From Promethearchaeota archaeon (lineage in GTDB: Archaea > Asgardarchaeota > Lokiarchaeia > Sigyniarchaeales > SOKP01), in the NCBI GenBank assembly GCA_048940445.1, contig JBHLON010000001.1:32001-96000 (forward strand): a stretch of 64,000 bases of DNA, in the 5' to 3' direction. Every line of letters starts with the position of its first letter. Positions within the stretch are counted from its first letter, which is position 1. Made by a program: the position numbers and the translations under genes. This document shows positions 53,994 to 63,288 of this stretch, piece by piece. A model generated the notes under the pieces. It did not search any database. It saw nothing but the letters and a program-made list of their open reading frames with translations, and had not been told where the DNA came from.

Positions 53994-56957
53994 TTGGGAA
54001 TAAAGAAGCTTCTATACATGGTTAAAAGTAGAATTAATTTAAAGTTCATTAAACATACTTGGTTAAGCTTAAAAAGAGACAAGACCAAAGCGGTGTTTGC
54101 TATACTAGGAATTATGATTTCAATTACTCTTTTAACAGCAATAGGTATGGTAAACGATACGATGTCCTATAATTATATGCAGATAATAACTAGCAGTACA
54201 GGAAATGCCGATATTATGATTTCAAAAAGAGTACAATCAGATATTAGTTATGATCCTTTCTTTGATGAAAATCTTATAGATAATGACTTACAAAATATTG
54301 AAGGTGTTCAAGAATTCTTTCCTAGAATAATGATGTTTGTGAGAGTATCAGCTAATAACACAAATACAAATGCAACTTTAGAATTATATGGTTTAGATTT
54401 TTTAAAGGAAGCATATAATGGTCATATGGGAAACTTAGCACTAGTTGATCAATACGGTCTAACAACTGGAAATCTATATTTAGATGAACCAAAAGCAGGG
54501 GAATGTGTGATCTTATGGAAAGTCGCAGAATTATTAAACGTAACTACAGGCGATTATATTCATCTTGAATACATTCAAAATGAAATTGATCTAGAAATTG
54601 TAGCAATTTGCAAGCAAGATCTTAAATTTTCGGAATTTGAAAACTCTTTGATACTAGTTAATATTCAGCAAGCACAATCAATTTTAGATAAACCAAATAG
54701 CATTAACTTCATTTATGGAACTTTAAAAAATCCTGAGTCTATATATGACATACGAGATGTAGCAGCCACACAAAGTAAATTAAGGGTAATTGGAACCAGA
54801 ATTCAATTACGCTTAGATATCAATGAGTTTTCTGTTGCAATGCCGAAGTTAGAAGAAATTGGAGCGCAAGAATTTATGTTAATCGCAATGACAGTAATTT
54901 TTTGGTTTATCACACTTATTGGAATGTTGATAACTGGTATATTGATTAATTCAATATTATCCACTTCATCTGAAGAAAGACAAAGAGAATATGGAATTTT
55001 GAGAGTTGTTGGAGGGAAAAAGACATTTCCAATTAAAGTGGTGTTATTTGAAGGTGTTTTAATCGGAACAATTGGAGCAATTTTAGGGATAATAATTGGA
55101 TTATTACTAACTCCACCAATAGTTAACTTTTTATTTGTTATGACTGGTTTTCGACTTCAAAATGTAGTATATATTATCCAACCTCAAACTGTACTTCTTG
55201 CTTTCGCTATAGGTGCTGGAGGAGCGACGGTTGTTGCATTATTACCCGCTTTTAAAACAGCTAAAATAAATTTAATTAAATCTATTACTCCTTTTCGGGC
55301 AAAAGAAGAAGGATGGGAAGTTAAGAAGGAAGGGAGTATGAATGTCAAAAGCTTTCTTGTAGGAATCTCAATAGCAACAATTGGTATGGTTGTATTTATA
55401 CTTCTACCAAATATAGTGGTTACTGGTGAATTTATGTTAATTGCTGGTTTATTTATTGGTTTGCTTTGTGCAATTTTAATTGGTCTAGTATTCGCTTCCG
55501 TAGGTATTGTACCGCTAATTCAGCAAATTTTTTTAGGAATAATTAAACCATTTATACGCAAGTATGCTAACATAATTAGTATCTCATTAAAACGCAATCG
55601 AAGACGAAATACTAGTACAATTGTTATGTTTGCAATTAGTTTTTCATTTATTTTCTTTATCACGAGCGTCACTCAGATGGAATCGGAAAATACATCTTTA
55701 AATTTGCAGTTTCAATATGGTTCAGACCTAGTTATTGTCAATCAAGGATTAGAAGGAGAGCCTAACGCTATAACATTAGAAATGGCAGAAGAAATAAAGG
55801 ATCTTCAGGGGGTTGAAGATGTTGCTATTACTTTATTTAACATGTTTGATATTACCTCTGCTATATCACTCATCTACAGCTTTAGTGAAGGTGGTGGAAT
55901 GTTTGATGAAGAGTCAATTAATGAAGCATTTCTTAATATCTTTGAGTTCTATAAGGAACAATCAGAAAGAAAGTACAAAGTAGTAGCTTCAGATATCCCT
56001 GAATTTGAACCTCTTGAAGTAGGCTTCATCGGAATTGAAGAAAACTTTATTAATTTGATTGATAAGGACCTAATTATCTGGAATAGTCCTGGGAGTGGGA
56101 CAGAATATTCCTATAATCGACTTTTTAGTCATAATGATACTTGCGTCATTTCAGAAGCAATCGCAACAGTTCTTGGCATTAAAGAAGTAGGAGAAAAAAT
56201 ATTACTTTCGTTCTATGAAAATGAGACTAAGGAAGTCAGAAATCCTTTAATATTTACAGTTTGTGGAATATCTGGTGGAATTCCCGGTTTCTTTAACTTT
56301 AGAAGTTCTGTTTCAATGGCAGAAGGAGGGGGAGTAATGGTTTCTTTGGAGAATTATATTAGATTAATGGGTATAGAAAATCCGGGAAATCCTGAAATGA
56401 CTGTAGACAAAATTTTTTTAAGTTTAATCGACAAATCAGAAGAAAGTATTGAACAAACAAAGGAAGATATTCAAGCTTCATACGAGAATAAAGCCTTTTT
56501 CATTGATGATGCTGTTTCGAAAATAAACTTTCTTAGTGATATGTACAAACGACAAAGTACTTTAATGGAAATTATTAATTGGTTTGCTATTGCAATAGCA
56601 ATTTTTGGATTAATAAGCTCTATGTATGCTGTTATGCTCGAAAGAAAGTTTGAAATTGGAATTTTAAGATCGCTTGGTATGAAAGTTAAAAATGTAAGGA
56701 ATTTATTTTTAATCGAGAGTATGATTTTAATGCTTTCAAGTGGAACTATGGGAACATTAATCGGAACCTTTTGTGCATATATGTTAGAATCTAATTTGGG
56801 ATTAATAACAGAGATGCCAATTGTTTTTGATATTCCATTTGACATTTTATTTCGAGTTTACTTTATTTCAATAATTGTTGGCTTTATAGGGATGTATATT
56901 ATACTAATTCGGTTAAGTAGGCAAACAGTAATGGATATATTTAGACAAACCTTCTAA
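53994..56957 (+). CDS. FtsX/MacB-family ABC permease 2 (paralogue of permease 1)
   Basis: ERQREYGILRVVGG and ERKFEIGILRSLG; shares GNAD, YGSDL, GGVM, VDKIF and DI(Y/F)R motifs with permease 1. Confidence 0.9.
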   Translation: MGIKKLLYMVKSRINLKFIKHTWLSLKRDKTKAVFAILGIMISITLLTAIGMVNDTMSYNYMQIITSSTGNADIMISKRVQSDISYDPFFDENLIDNDLQNIEGVQEFFPRIMMFVRVSANNTNTNATLELYGLDFLKEAYNGHMGNLALVDQYGLTTGNLYLDEPKAGECVILWKVAELLNVTTGDYIHLEYIQNEIDLEIVAICKQDLKFSEFENSLILVNIQQAQSILDKPNSINFIYGTLKNPESIYDIRDVAATQSKLRVIGTRIQLRLDINEFSVAMPKLEEIGAQEFMLIAMTVIFWFITLIGMLITGILINSILSTSSEERQREYGILRVVGGKKTFPIKVVLFEGVLIGTIGAILGIIIGLLLTPPIVNFLFVMTGFRLQNVVYIIQPQTVLLAFAIGAGGATVVALLPAFKTAKINLIKSITPFRAKEEGWEVKKEGSMNVKSFLVGISIATIGMVVFILLPNIVVTGEFMLIAGLFIGLLCAILIGLVFASVGIVPLIQQIFLGIIKPFIRKYANIISISLKRNRRRNTSTIVMFAISFSFIFFITSVTQMESENTSLNLQFQYGSDLVIVNQGLEGEPNAITLEMAEEIKDLQGVEDVAITLFNMFDITSAISLIYSFSEGGGMFDEESINEAFLNIFEFYKEQSERKYKVVASDIPEFEPLEVGFIGIEENFINLIDKDLIIWNSPGSGTEYSYNRLFSHNDTCVISEAIATVLGIKEVGEKILLSFYENETKEVRNPLIFTVCGISGGIPGFFNFRSSVSMAEGGGVMVSLENYIRLMGIENPGNPEMTVDKIFLSLIDKSEESIEQTKEDIQASYENKAFFIDDAVSKINFLSDMYKRQSTLMEIINWFAIAIAIFGLISSMYAVMLERKFEIGILRSLGMKVKNVRNLFLIESMILMLSSGTMGTLIGTFCAYMLESNLGLITEMPIVFDIPFDILFRVYFISIIVGFIGMYIILIRLSRQTVMDIFRQTF

Positions 56958-56965
56958 TAGAGCAT

Positions 56966-57550
56966 TTATATACTTCCCAGGAATTCAATCATTTTTCTCC
57001 AAGCTATACCTCTATGAGAAATATGATTCTTTTCTTTAGTTGTTAGTTCAGCAAACGTTTTATTCTGAATTCCATCGGGAATAAAAATTGGATCGAATCC
57101 AAATCCACTAGCACCCTTTATTGACTCCGAAATTTTTCCATTTATCCTTCCCTCAAAAAAGTAGTCTTTACCTAGAGGTTTGAAAAATAATGCAATAACA
57201 GTTAAAAAATGAGCTTCAGTAAGTTCAAAGTTATCAATCAATCGCAAGATTCCTTGATTTCCAATCGTTTTAAAAACATAAGAAGAATAAACACCAGGGA
57301 ACCCATTAAGAGGTTTATCAACAAAAAAGCCTGCATCCTCTATAAAACAAGAGCCTTTAACAGATAATTTTACGCTATTTAATTTAAAAGAGGCATTTTC
57401 TTTAATTGAATCTGCTTGAATTTCAGTAGTTTTAACCTTTAACTGTTTTAATACAAAGTTTAACTTCTCACTTTCAAACATTTTAGAGATTTCATTAAAT
57501 TTATAATTATTTGTGGTGATAAAATAAATCAGTTTTTCTTCTTTTCCCAT
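56966..57550 (-). CDS. rdgB: RdgB/HAM1 non-canonical purine NTP pyrophosphatase
   Basis: TTNNYK..EIQAD..EDAG..LNGFPGVYS..GFGFDPIF..EKNHISHRG. Confidence 0.95.
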   Translation of the reverse strand: MGKEEKLIYFITTNNYKFNEISKMFESEKLNFVLKQLKVKTTEIQADSIKENASFKLNSVKLSVKGSCFIEDAGFFVDKPLNGFPGVYSSYVFKTIGNQGILRLIDNFELTEAHFLTVIALFFKPLGKDYFFEGRINGKISESIKGASGFGFDPIFIPDGIQNKTFAELTTKEKNHISHRGIAWRKMIEFLGSI

Positions 57551-57689
57551 AATTATTATAATTTGTTAGAATTTATTTAGGTATAGGACATATCTCACTT
57601 AAAATAAATTAAAATTCCAAAATTTTATTTTGATAAGTTCATTTAGATTTATATCTAGTTAATAGTTGACTGAATATATCTGTGATATC

Positions 57690-58148
57690 ATGGCTAGAAT
57701 GCATAGTAGGAAAAAAGGAAAATCTGGTTCCACAAGACCAGCAAGACTTGATCCCCCCCCATGGATTGAGTTATCAGGAGAAGAAGTAGAAAATGAAGTA
57801 GTGAAGTTAGCAAGAAGAGGATTTTCTCAATCTAGGATTGGTATTATGCTTCGAGATTCATATGGTGTTCCACTGGTAAAAGTCGTTACAGGCAAATCCA
57901 TCAGCCAAATACTTGAAGAAAATCAAATTGAATCACCATTACCAGAAGATTTATCCAACTTAGTCAAAAAAGCATTAAGTATTAGGAAACATTTGGAAAC
58001 TAATCATAAAGATTTGGAAGCTAAAAAAGGGCTTAATAGAACTGAGTCAAAAGTTTATAGATTGATTAGATATTATAAAAAGAAAGGATATCTCGAACCA
58101 GATTTTAAATATGATCCCGAAAAGATAAGAACAATAGTAATGAGGTAA
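57690..58148 (+). CDS. rps15: 30S ribosomal protein uS15 (archaeal S15/S13e)
   Basis: MARMHSRKKGKSGSTRP..IGIMLRDSYGVP..PEDL..ESKVYRLIRYYK. Confidence 0.97.
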   Translation: MARMHSRKKGKSGSTRPARLDPPPWIELSGEEVENEVVKLARRGFSQSRIGIMLRDSYGVPLVKVVTGKSISQILEENQIESPLPEDLSNLVKKALSIRKHLETNHKDLEAKKGLNRTESKVYRLIRYYKKKGYLEPDFKYDPEKIRTIVMR

Positions 58149-58154
58149 AATGTA

Positions 58155-58943
58155 TTGAGTCAGAAGACAAAAAAAAGAAAAGCTAAAGTCAAAAAAGTAA
58201 CTTTCAAAGAAAAGAATTGGTATCCTGTAATTGCTCCCAAAAGTTTCAACTTTAGAGAAATTGGTGAGGTAATAGGATTACCAAATAACTTAATCGGAAG
58301 AACTCTTGAGATATTGCTTTATGATATTACAGATGATTATTCTGATATTAGTCTAAAGTTAAGATTCAAGATATCGGAAGCGAATTCTGAAAAAGGTGTT
58401 TGTAACAGCATATTTTGGGGACATCAATATACCAATGATTATGTACGTTCACTAATAGGAAGAGGAAGTTCTAAAGTTCAAGTAATATTAAATTTGGTCA
58501 CAAAGGATGAGTGGGGGTTTCGATTAACTGTGATATGTACAACAATAAGGAGAGCACGGAGTTCACAGCAGATTGTTATTAGAAAAATTATAATGGAAAT
58601 TTTAAGAGAATTTGCCAAAAATCTTAATCATGAAAAATTCATTAATGGAATTATATATCACGAATTTGAAAATCAAATTAATAGAGTTGCTAAAACAATA
58701 TATCCTTTATCCAATTGCTCGATAATTAAAAGTAAAATAATTTCTATACCTGAAGGAGGGGAAGATAAAGAGTACATATCTAAGGAAGAAGAATTTGATA
58801 TCGTTGAAGTCGAGGTAAAACGTACTCGAAAAAGCGAAATAAGAAGAACTGAAAGGATTAATGTTGCCAAATTAGCAAAAAACAAAACAGCACCTGCAGA
58901 AACAAGCGAATCTGAAACTGAAAATTCAGAAACAGAGGAATAA
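58155..58943 (+). CDS. rps3ae: 30S ribosomal protein eS1 (S3Ae)
   Basis: KEKNWYPVIAPKSF..GRTLE..DYVRSLIGRGSSK..IRKI..TIYPL; acidic C-terminal extension; TTG start. Confidence 0.95.
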   Translation: MSQKTKKRKAKVKKVTFKEKNWYPVIAPKSFNFREIGEVIGLPNNLIGRTLEILLYDITDDYSDISLKLRFKISEANSEKGVCNSIFWGHQYTNDYVRSLIGRGSSKVQVILNLVTKDEWGFRLTVICTTIRRARSSQQIVIRKIIMEILREFAKNLNHEKFINGIIYHEFENQINRVAKTIYPLSNCSIIKSKIISIPEGGEDKEYISKEEEFDIVEVEVKRTRKSEIRRTERINVAKLAKNKTAPAETSESETENSETEE

Positions 58944-59068
58944 CATTAAATATATCTAATTTGTTATAACAATTTTTGAACGAATCATTCTATTTTTTAA
59001 GCATTAATTTTATTACTCTCAAAGTTTAATTATTTAATTGTAATCAATTATTTATTCAAGGTTTTCAG

Positions 59069-60799
59069 ATGTCAAATAAAGAGGGAAATCAGAATAATCC
59101 TTATTCATTTGATGATTATCTCTATGTAAGAAATAACTTTAATTATTATCGAGACGATCCATTTCTACAAGCTCTAGTGAAACATTATTCTCCTAAAACA
59201 GAATATGACACCATTGATCGTGACCTTAACGCTCTCTCTGATTATGTCTCATATAAATGGAGAGATTTAGCTGATAAAGCGGCAGAACTTGAAAATCGAT
59301 TGAAGGTTACTAAAATTAAGCATTATGATGCTCATAACCATCGAATAGATAGAATTGAACGCTGTTGGGAAACAGAGACTTTAGAACGCGAAATTTTTAG
59401 CCTTGGACTTTGGGATCCAAATAGGAATTCTGCTTGGAGTCGCTTCATTAAAATGCTTTTGCTATATGAAAATGGAGAGTTTGGGGTTATGTGCCCTATT
59501 GCCTGTACTCATGGACTTATTTGGATTTTGCAGAAATATGAAAGTGAATTGTCTCCTGAAGCTCATGAGATACTCAATCATTTAAGAGAAGGAAAAAATG
59601 ATGAATATGGAAAAGGAGCTCAATTTGTTAGTGAAATCCAAGGAGGTAGTGACGTACCAGCAAATCTTGTTGAAGCTGTATTTGAAGAGAAAAAAGGTGA
59701 AGATGGATTTTCAAATGTTTGGAGAATTTATGGGAAAAAGTTCTTCTGTTCAGCAGCTCATACAGATTATGCTCTTGTTACTGCTAAACCAAAAAATACC
59801 CCTTCCTCGACTCGAATAGCTGCGTTTGTAGTTCCATCATGGCTTCCAGATAATAAAAAGAGTGAAATAAGAAATTCTTATACTATAGATCGATTAAAAC
59901 CAAAATTGGGGACTGCTGAATTACCTACAGCAGAAATTACTTATAATGGAGCAGTTGCATATCCAATTGGTCCTCTCGAAAAGGGTTTAGCTGATGTAGT
60001 AGGTATTGTTCTTTCATTGTCTAGATTGCACGTAGCATTTGGTATGGCAGCAGGAGCCTTGAGAGTAGCAAGAGAAGCAATTTTATATACTCAATTTCGA
60101 AGCGCGTTTGGAGTACCAATATCATCCTTTCCAATGCTAGTAAATCAAATCAATGAATTAAATCATTTTGCAAAAAGATCTGTTGCAGGTGTATTTAAAA
60201 TTTTTTCAGAATTTATTCAATTTGGGGAAGAATTAATTAGCGGGATAAGAGATCTACAAAAAATTGAAAATATCGAAGAACGTAGGCGTAGATTCCGCTT
60301 AAGAGAATTGATTATGCTCCAAAAGATTGTAGTAGCAGATGAATCCCCTAAAATGATTAGAAGAGCAATCTCATTTTTTGGAGGTCATGGTGTAATAGAA
60401 GATTTTCTCTCGTTATCTCGATTTCATAGGGATTCTATGATTATGGAACTCTGGGAAGGTCCTAGATTAGTTTTACTTACTCAAATTCATCGAGATTTTC
60501 AGAGGGTGAGAGATTGGTATTCACCGGATGAATTTGTTAGAGATCTATTAAAAGGAAGTAATACTGAGTTAATTGAAGATTATGCCAATAGATTTTCACG
60601 AATTATATCCCATGAAAGCTTATTAAGAAATGATGAGAGAACTCTGGAAGTGTGTCAGGAGTGGGAAGATTTTTCAACTAGGCTATTCATCGCCTACCAA
60701 GAACAAGCTCTTACGGAGATAAATTACAAAGAAAAACCTTTTAAGTTTTCTAAATTATTGCGTCAATTTAAGGAAAGAGAAAAGTTAAAAGGATACTAA
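59069..60799 (+). CDS. acyl-CoA dehydrogenase, AidB-like
   Basis: CPIACT, QFVSEIQGGSDV, YGKKFFCSA, RLKPKLGT, GGHGVIED, ELWEGP. Confidence 0.88.
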   Translation: MSNKEGNQNNPYSFDDYLYVRNNFNYYRDDPFLQALVKHYSPKTEYDTIDRDLNALSDYVSYKWRDLADKAAELENRLKVTKIKHYDAHNHRIDRIERCWETETLEREIFSLGLWDPNRNSAWSRFIKMLLLYENGEFGVMCPIACTHGLIWILQKYESELSPEAHEILNHLREGKNDEYGKGAQFVSEIQGGSDVPANLVEAVFEEKKGEDGFSNVWRIYGKKFFCSAAHTDYALVTAKPKNTPSSTRIAAFVVPSWLPDNKKSEIRNSYTIDRLKPKLGTAELPTAEITYNGAVAYPIGPLEKGLADVVGIVLSLSRLHVAFGMAAGALRVAREAILYTQFRSAFGVPISSFPMLVNQINELNHFAKRSVAGVFKIFSEFIQFGEELISGIRDLQKIENIEERRRRFRLRELIMLQKIVVADESPKMIRRAISFFGGHGVIEDFLSLSRFHRDSMIMELWEGPRLVLLTQIHRDFQRVRDWYSPDEFVRDLLKGSNTELIEDYANRFSRIISHESLLRNDERTLEVCQEWEDFSTRLFIAYQEQALTEINYKEKPFKFSKLLRQFKEREKLKGY

Positions 60800-60800
60800 T

Positions 60801-62111
60801 TTATTTTGTTTTTTCATTGTAGAAAGGATTTGTTTTTTTTATTAATTTTCCGTTAGAATCTTGATAAAAAAGTGTATTTGATAACAAATTTTCATTTACA
60901 AGAGTATGAGCTCCTATAATAGTATCTTCTCCAATAATTTTTCCACACATTATACTTGAATTAATTCCAGTTTGAGAATTAGGACCAATAATAGCCCCCA
61001 ATTTTCTTCTACCTGAATCTATTAATTGATTATTAATTTTCATCTTGATATTTTTGTTGTCAAATCTTAAATTCGATATCTTTGTCCCAGCACCAAGATT
61101 TACCTTTTCACAAATTATTGAATCACCCACATAATTGAAATGAGGAATAGATGTATTCGAAAAGATTATTGAGTTTTTAATTTCTGACATACCAATATGA
61201 CAAGAATCTCCAATCGATGAATACGGCCTTATAAATGCGTTTGGTCCTATTAAGCAATTAGTTCCAATAAAGCATGGTCCTTGTATATATGTCCCTGAGC
61301 GTACCTTAGTTCCTTCTCCAATAAATACATTCTCTGAAATAAAGACATTTTTTTCTGCGTTACCTAAATTTTTTGCCTCTTGTGTGTCTAATACATGCTT
61401 ATTAGCTTCTAAAAGCTGCCATGGTAATCCAATATCGTTCCAAAATAAATTTTGAAGATTATATCCATAAATTGTGCCTTTCATCTCATTGAGAAGAATT
61501 TTCATAGAATCAGTAAATTCATATTCTCCTCTAACTGATTTTTTCGTTTTTTCAATCGCTTCAAATATATTAGATTTAAATAAATATATTCCAGCATTCG
61601 CTAAATTACCGGCATGTAACTCTTGAGAAGGTTTTTCGATAATGCTTTTTACAAATCCTTTTGAATCAAGTGTAATTACTCCATAATTTTGGGGGTCTCC
61701 CACTTCAACTAAGGAAATTATTCCATCACATTGAATTGATTTAAAATTTTGAATCAATTGACTAAAAAGATTTGAATCTACTAAGATATCTCCATACATA
61801 AAAAGGAAGTCATCATTCTTCACAAATTCTCTGGCATAACTAGCAGCATGAGCAGTACCTAGATATACTTCTTGGGTCACATAATTTATATCGATATTAA
61901 ATTTATCCCTACTTTTTCCAAAATAATCTTTAATCATTTCTTCTTTATATCCTACAATTAGCAGGAGTTGGTCTATTCCTGAATCTATTAAACCCAAAAT
62001 ACTATGTTCTAATATAGGTTTTCCAGCTATAGGTATAAGAGGTTTTGGTCTTGTGGCAGTTATTGGTCTAAGTCTCTTTCCCTTTCCAGCTGCCAAAATA
62101 ACAGCTTTCAT
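60801..62111 (-). CDS. glmU: bifunctional sugar-1-phosphate nucleotidyltransferase/acetyltransferase (archaeal GlmU-like)
   Basis: LAAGKGKRLRP..PKPL, LGTAHA, EKP, RGEYE, C-terminal LbH (HFNYVGDS..NLRFD..RRKLGAIIG). Confidence 0.92.
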   Translation of the reverse strand: MKAVILAAGKGKRLRPITATRPKPLIPIAGKPILEHSILGLIDSGIDQLLLIVGYKEEMIKDYFGKSRDKFNIDINYVTQEVYLGTAHAASYAREFVKNDDFLFMYGDILVDSNLFSQLIQNFKSIQCDGIISLVEVGDPQNYGVITLDSKGFVKSIIEKPSQELHAGNLANAGIYLFKSNIFEAIEKTKKSVRGEYEFTDSMKILLNEMKGTIYGYNLQNLFWNDIGLPWQLLEANKHVLDTQEAKNLGNAEKNVFISENVFIGEGTKVRSGTYIQGPCFIGTNCLIGPNAFIRPYSSIGDSCHIGMSEIKNSIIFSNTSIPHFNYVGDSIICEKVNLGAGTKISNLRFDNKNIKMKINNQLIDSGRRKLGAIIGPNSQTGINSSIMCGKIIGEDTIIGAHTLVNENLLSNTLFYQDSNGKLIKKTNPFYNEKTK

Positions 62112-62142
62112 ACATATTATAAAAAGAGCATATTATTAGAAA

Positions 62143-63030
62143 TTAATGATCAAATTCATGAATAATTTCAGTTAAATAATTAATTAAGGAACGATAAGGT
62201 TTAAGATCTCCAGAAAATTCTTGTCTTAAAGCTTCTTCTTCAGAAATTTTATCCTTTAATTGAAGAAAAATATCTTTAATTCTATTGAAATCTCCTGAAG
62301 CTACAAAATCAAGGGAATAACCATTAATATCTTCAAATAAAATTAACTTTTTATTTCCATTCTCCGCTAAATCATAAAATTGAATTTCTTTAATATTCAT
62401 ATTTGCTCTAATTTGAGTATTCATTGCTATGGTAGCCAATCGAGCTGATAAATTTGAACTAAATAAATCAATATTTTCGTGAGTCACTTCACGACGAAGA
62501 TCATTTAAAAGAGTAGTATCATATAACTGAGAGATAATGGGCAATCCTTGAGCAGAGATACCGCAATAAATTATTTTATTTTCAATTTGAGCATAAGAAT
62601 TATCTAGCTTTTCATCTTCAAGAGGAAAACGGTACTTCTCCCATAAGTATGCTGTAATTAATTTTATAATCTTTGAAAACTCTGATTTTTTTGAATACTC
62701 ATTATATTTATTTGGATTATTGTAATTTGCGATTACCTTTTCATAAAACTCATTTAACATGTTGTCTGCAGCCTCAGAATTAGATAAAAAATCACCAGTT
62801 ATACAGTAAAACAGATTTTGGAAAGCATCATTGATTTCATGTTTAATAATCATACGTTCCCTTCCTTCCTTCCCCTCAAAAAAGATATTTTTTAGACGCC
62901 AGACATTTTTGGGATTGATACTTCGAATTAATTTCTCTACAAAAAGTACAATTTCAAAAACTGGATATTTATATTCATTCGAAATGTAGAGAATTTCATC
63001 ATCTAAAATAATAGCAAATCCAGTAATCAT
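62143..63030 (-). CDS. hypothetical protein with two longin/roadblock-like alpha-beta modules
   Basis: Module 1 is ITGFAIILDDEILY..LFYCITGD..MLNEFYEKV; module 2 is IYCGISAQGLPIIS..LSARLATI..YSLDFVASGD. The fold assignment is inferred from the pattern. Confidence 0.55.
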   Translation of the reverse strand: MITGFAIILDDEILYISNEYKYPVFEIVLFVEKLIRSINPKNVWRLKNIFFEGKEGRERMIIKHEINDAFQNLFYCITGDFLSNSEAADNMLNEFYEKVIANYNNPNKYNEYSKKSEFSKIIKLITAYLWEKYRFPLEDEKLDNSYAQIENKIIYCGISAQGLPIISQLYDTTLLNDLRREVTHENIDLFSSNLSARLATIAMNTQIRANMNIKEIQFYDLAENGNKKLILFEDINGYSLDFVASGDFNRIKDIFLQLKDKISEEEALRQEFSGDLKPYRSLINYLTEIIHEFDH

Positions 63031-63288
63031 AAGAAAAATCTTAAAGTTTTAATTCTGCAATAATAATCGTATATCTACAGAAATTTAAAATTATTTAAAT
63101 TTTTAATTTATTATGATATTGGGGTAACAAACGAACTAAAGATTATGTTTTATATATCTAATAGTGAAATTTTAAGGGGTTCTTCGAGGACTCTTATAAC
63201 AATTAACTTTTAATAATTCATAATATAAATATAAAATAATTCATCTATTAGAGATGGTTTTAGTAGAGCTATTCTGTAGAATATATCA

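Noticed and set aside
6146-59819. Numerous 60-136 aa ORFs nested in or antisense to long genes (e.g. 13182-13568, 24693-25052, 39152-39562, 56471-56845)
   Set aside because: Shadow ORFs of well-supported CDSs, with no independent motifs.
63174-63196. Possible hairpin AGGGGTTCT-TCG-AGGACTCTT upstream of the Sir2 gene
   Set aside because: It depends on several G-U pairs and a 3-nt loop, too weak to call an ncRNA or terminator.
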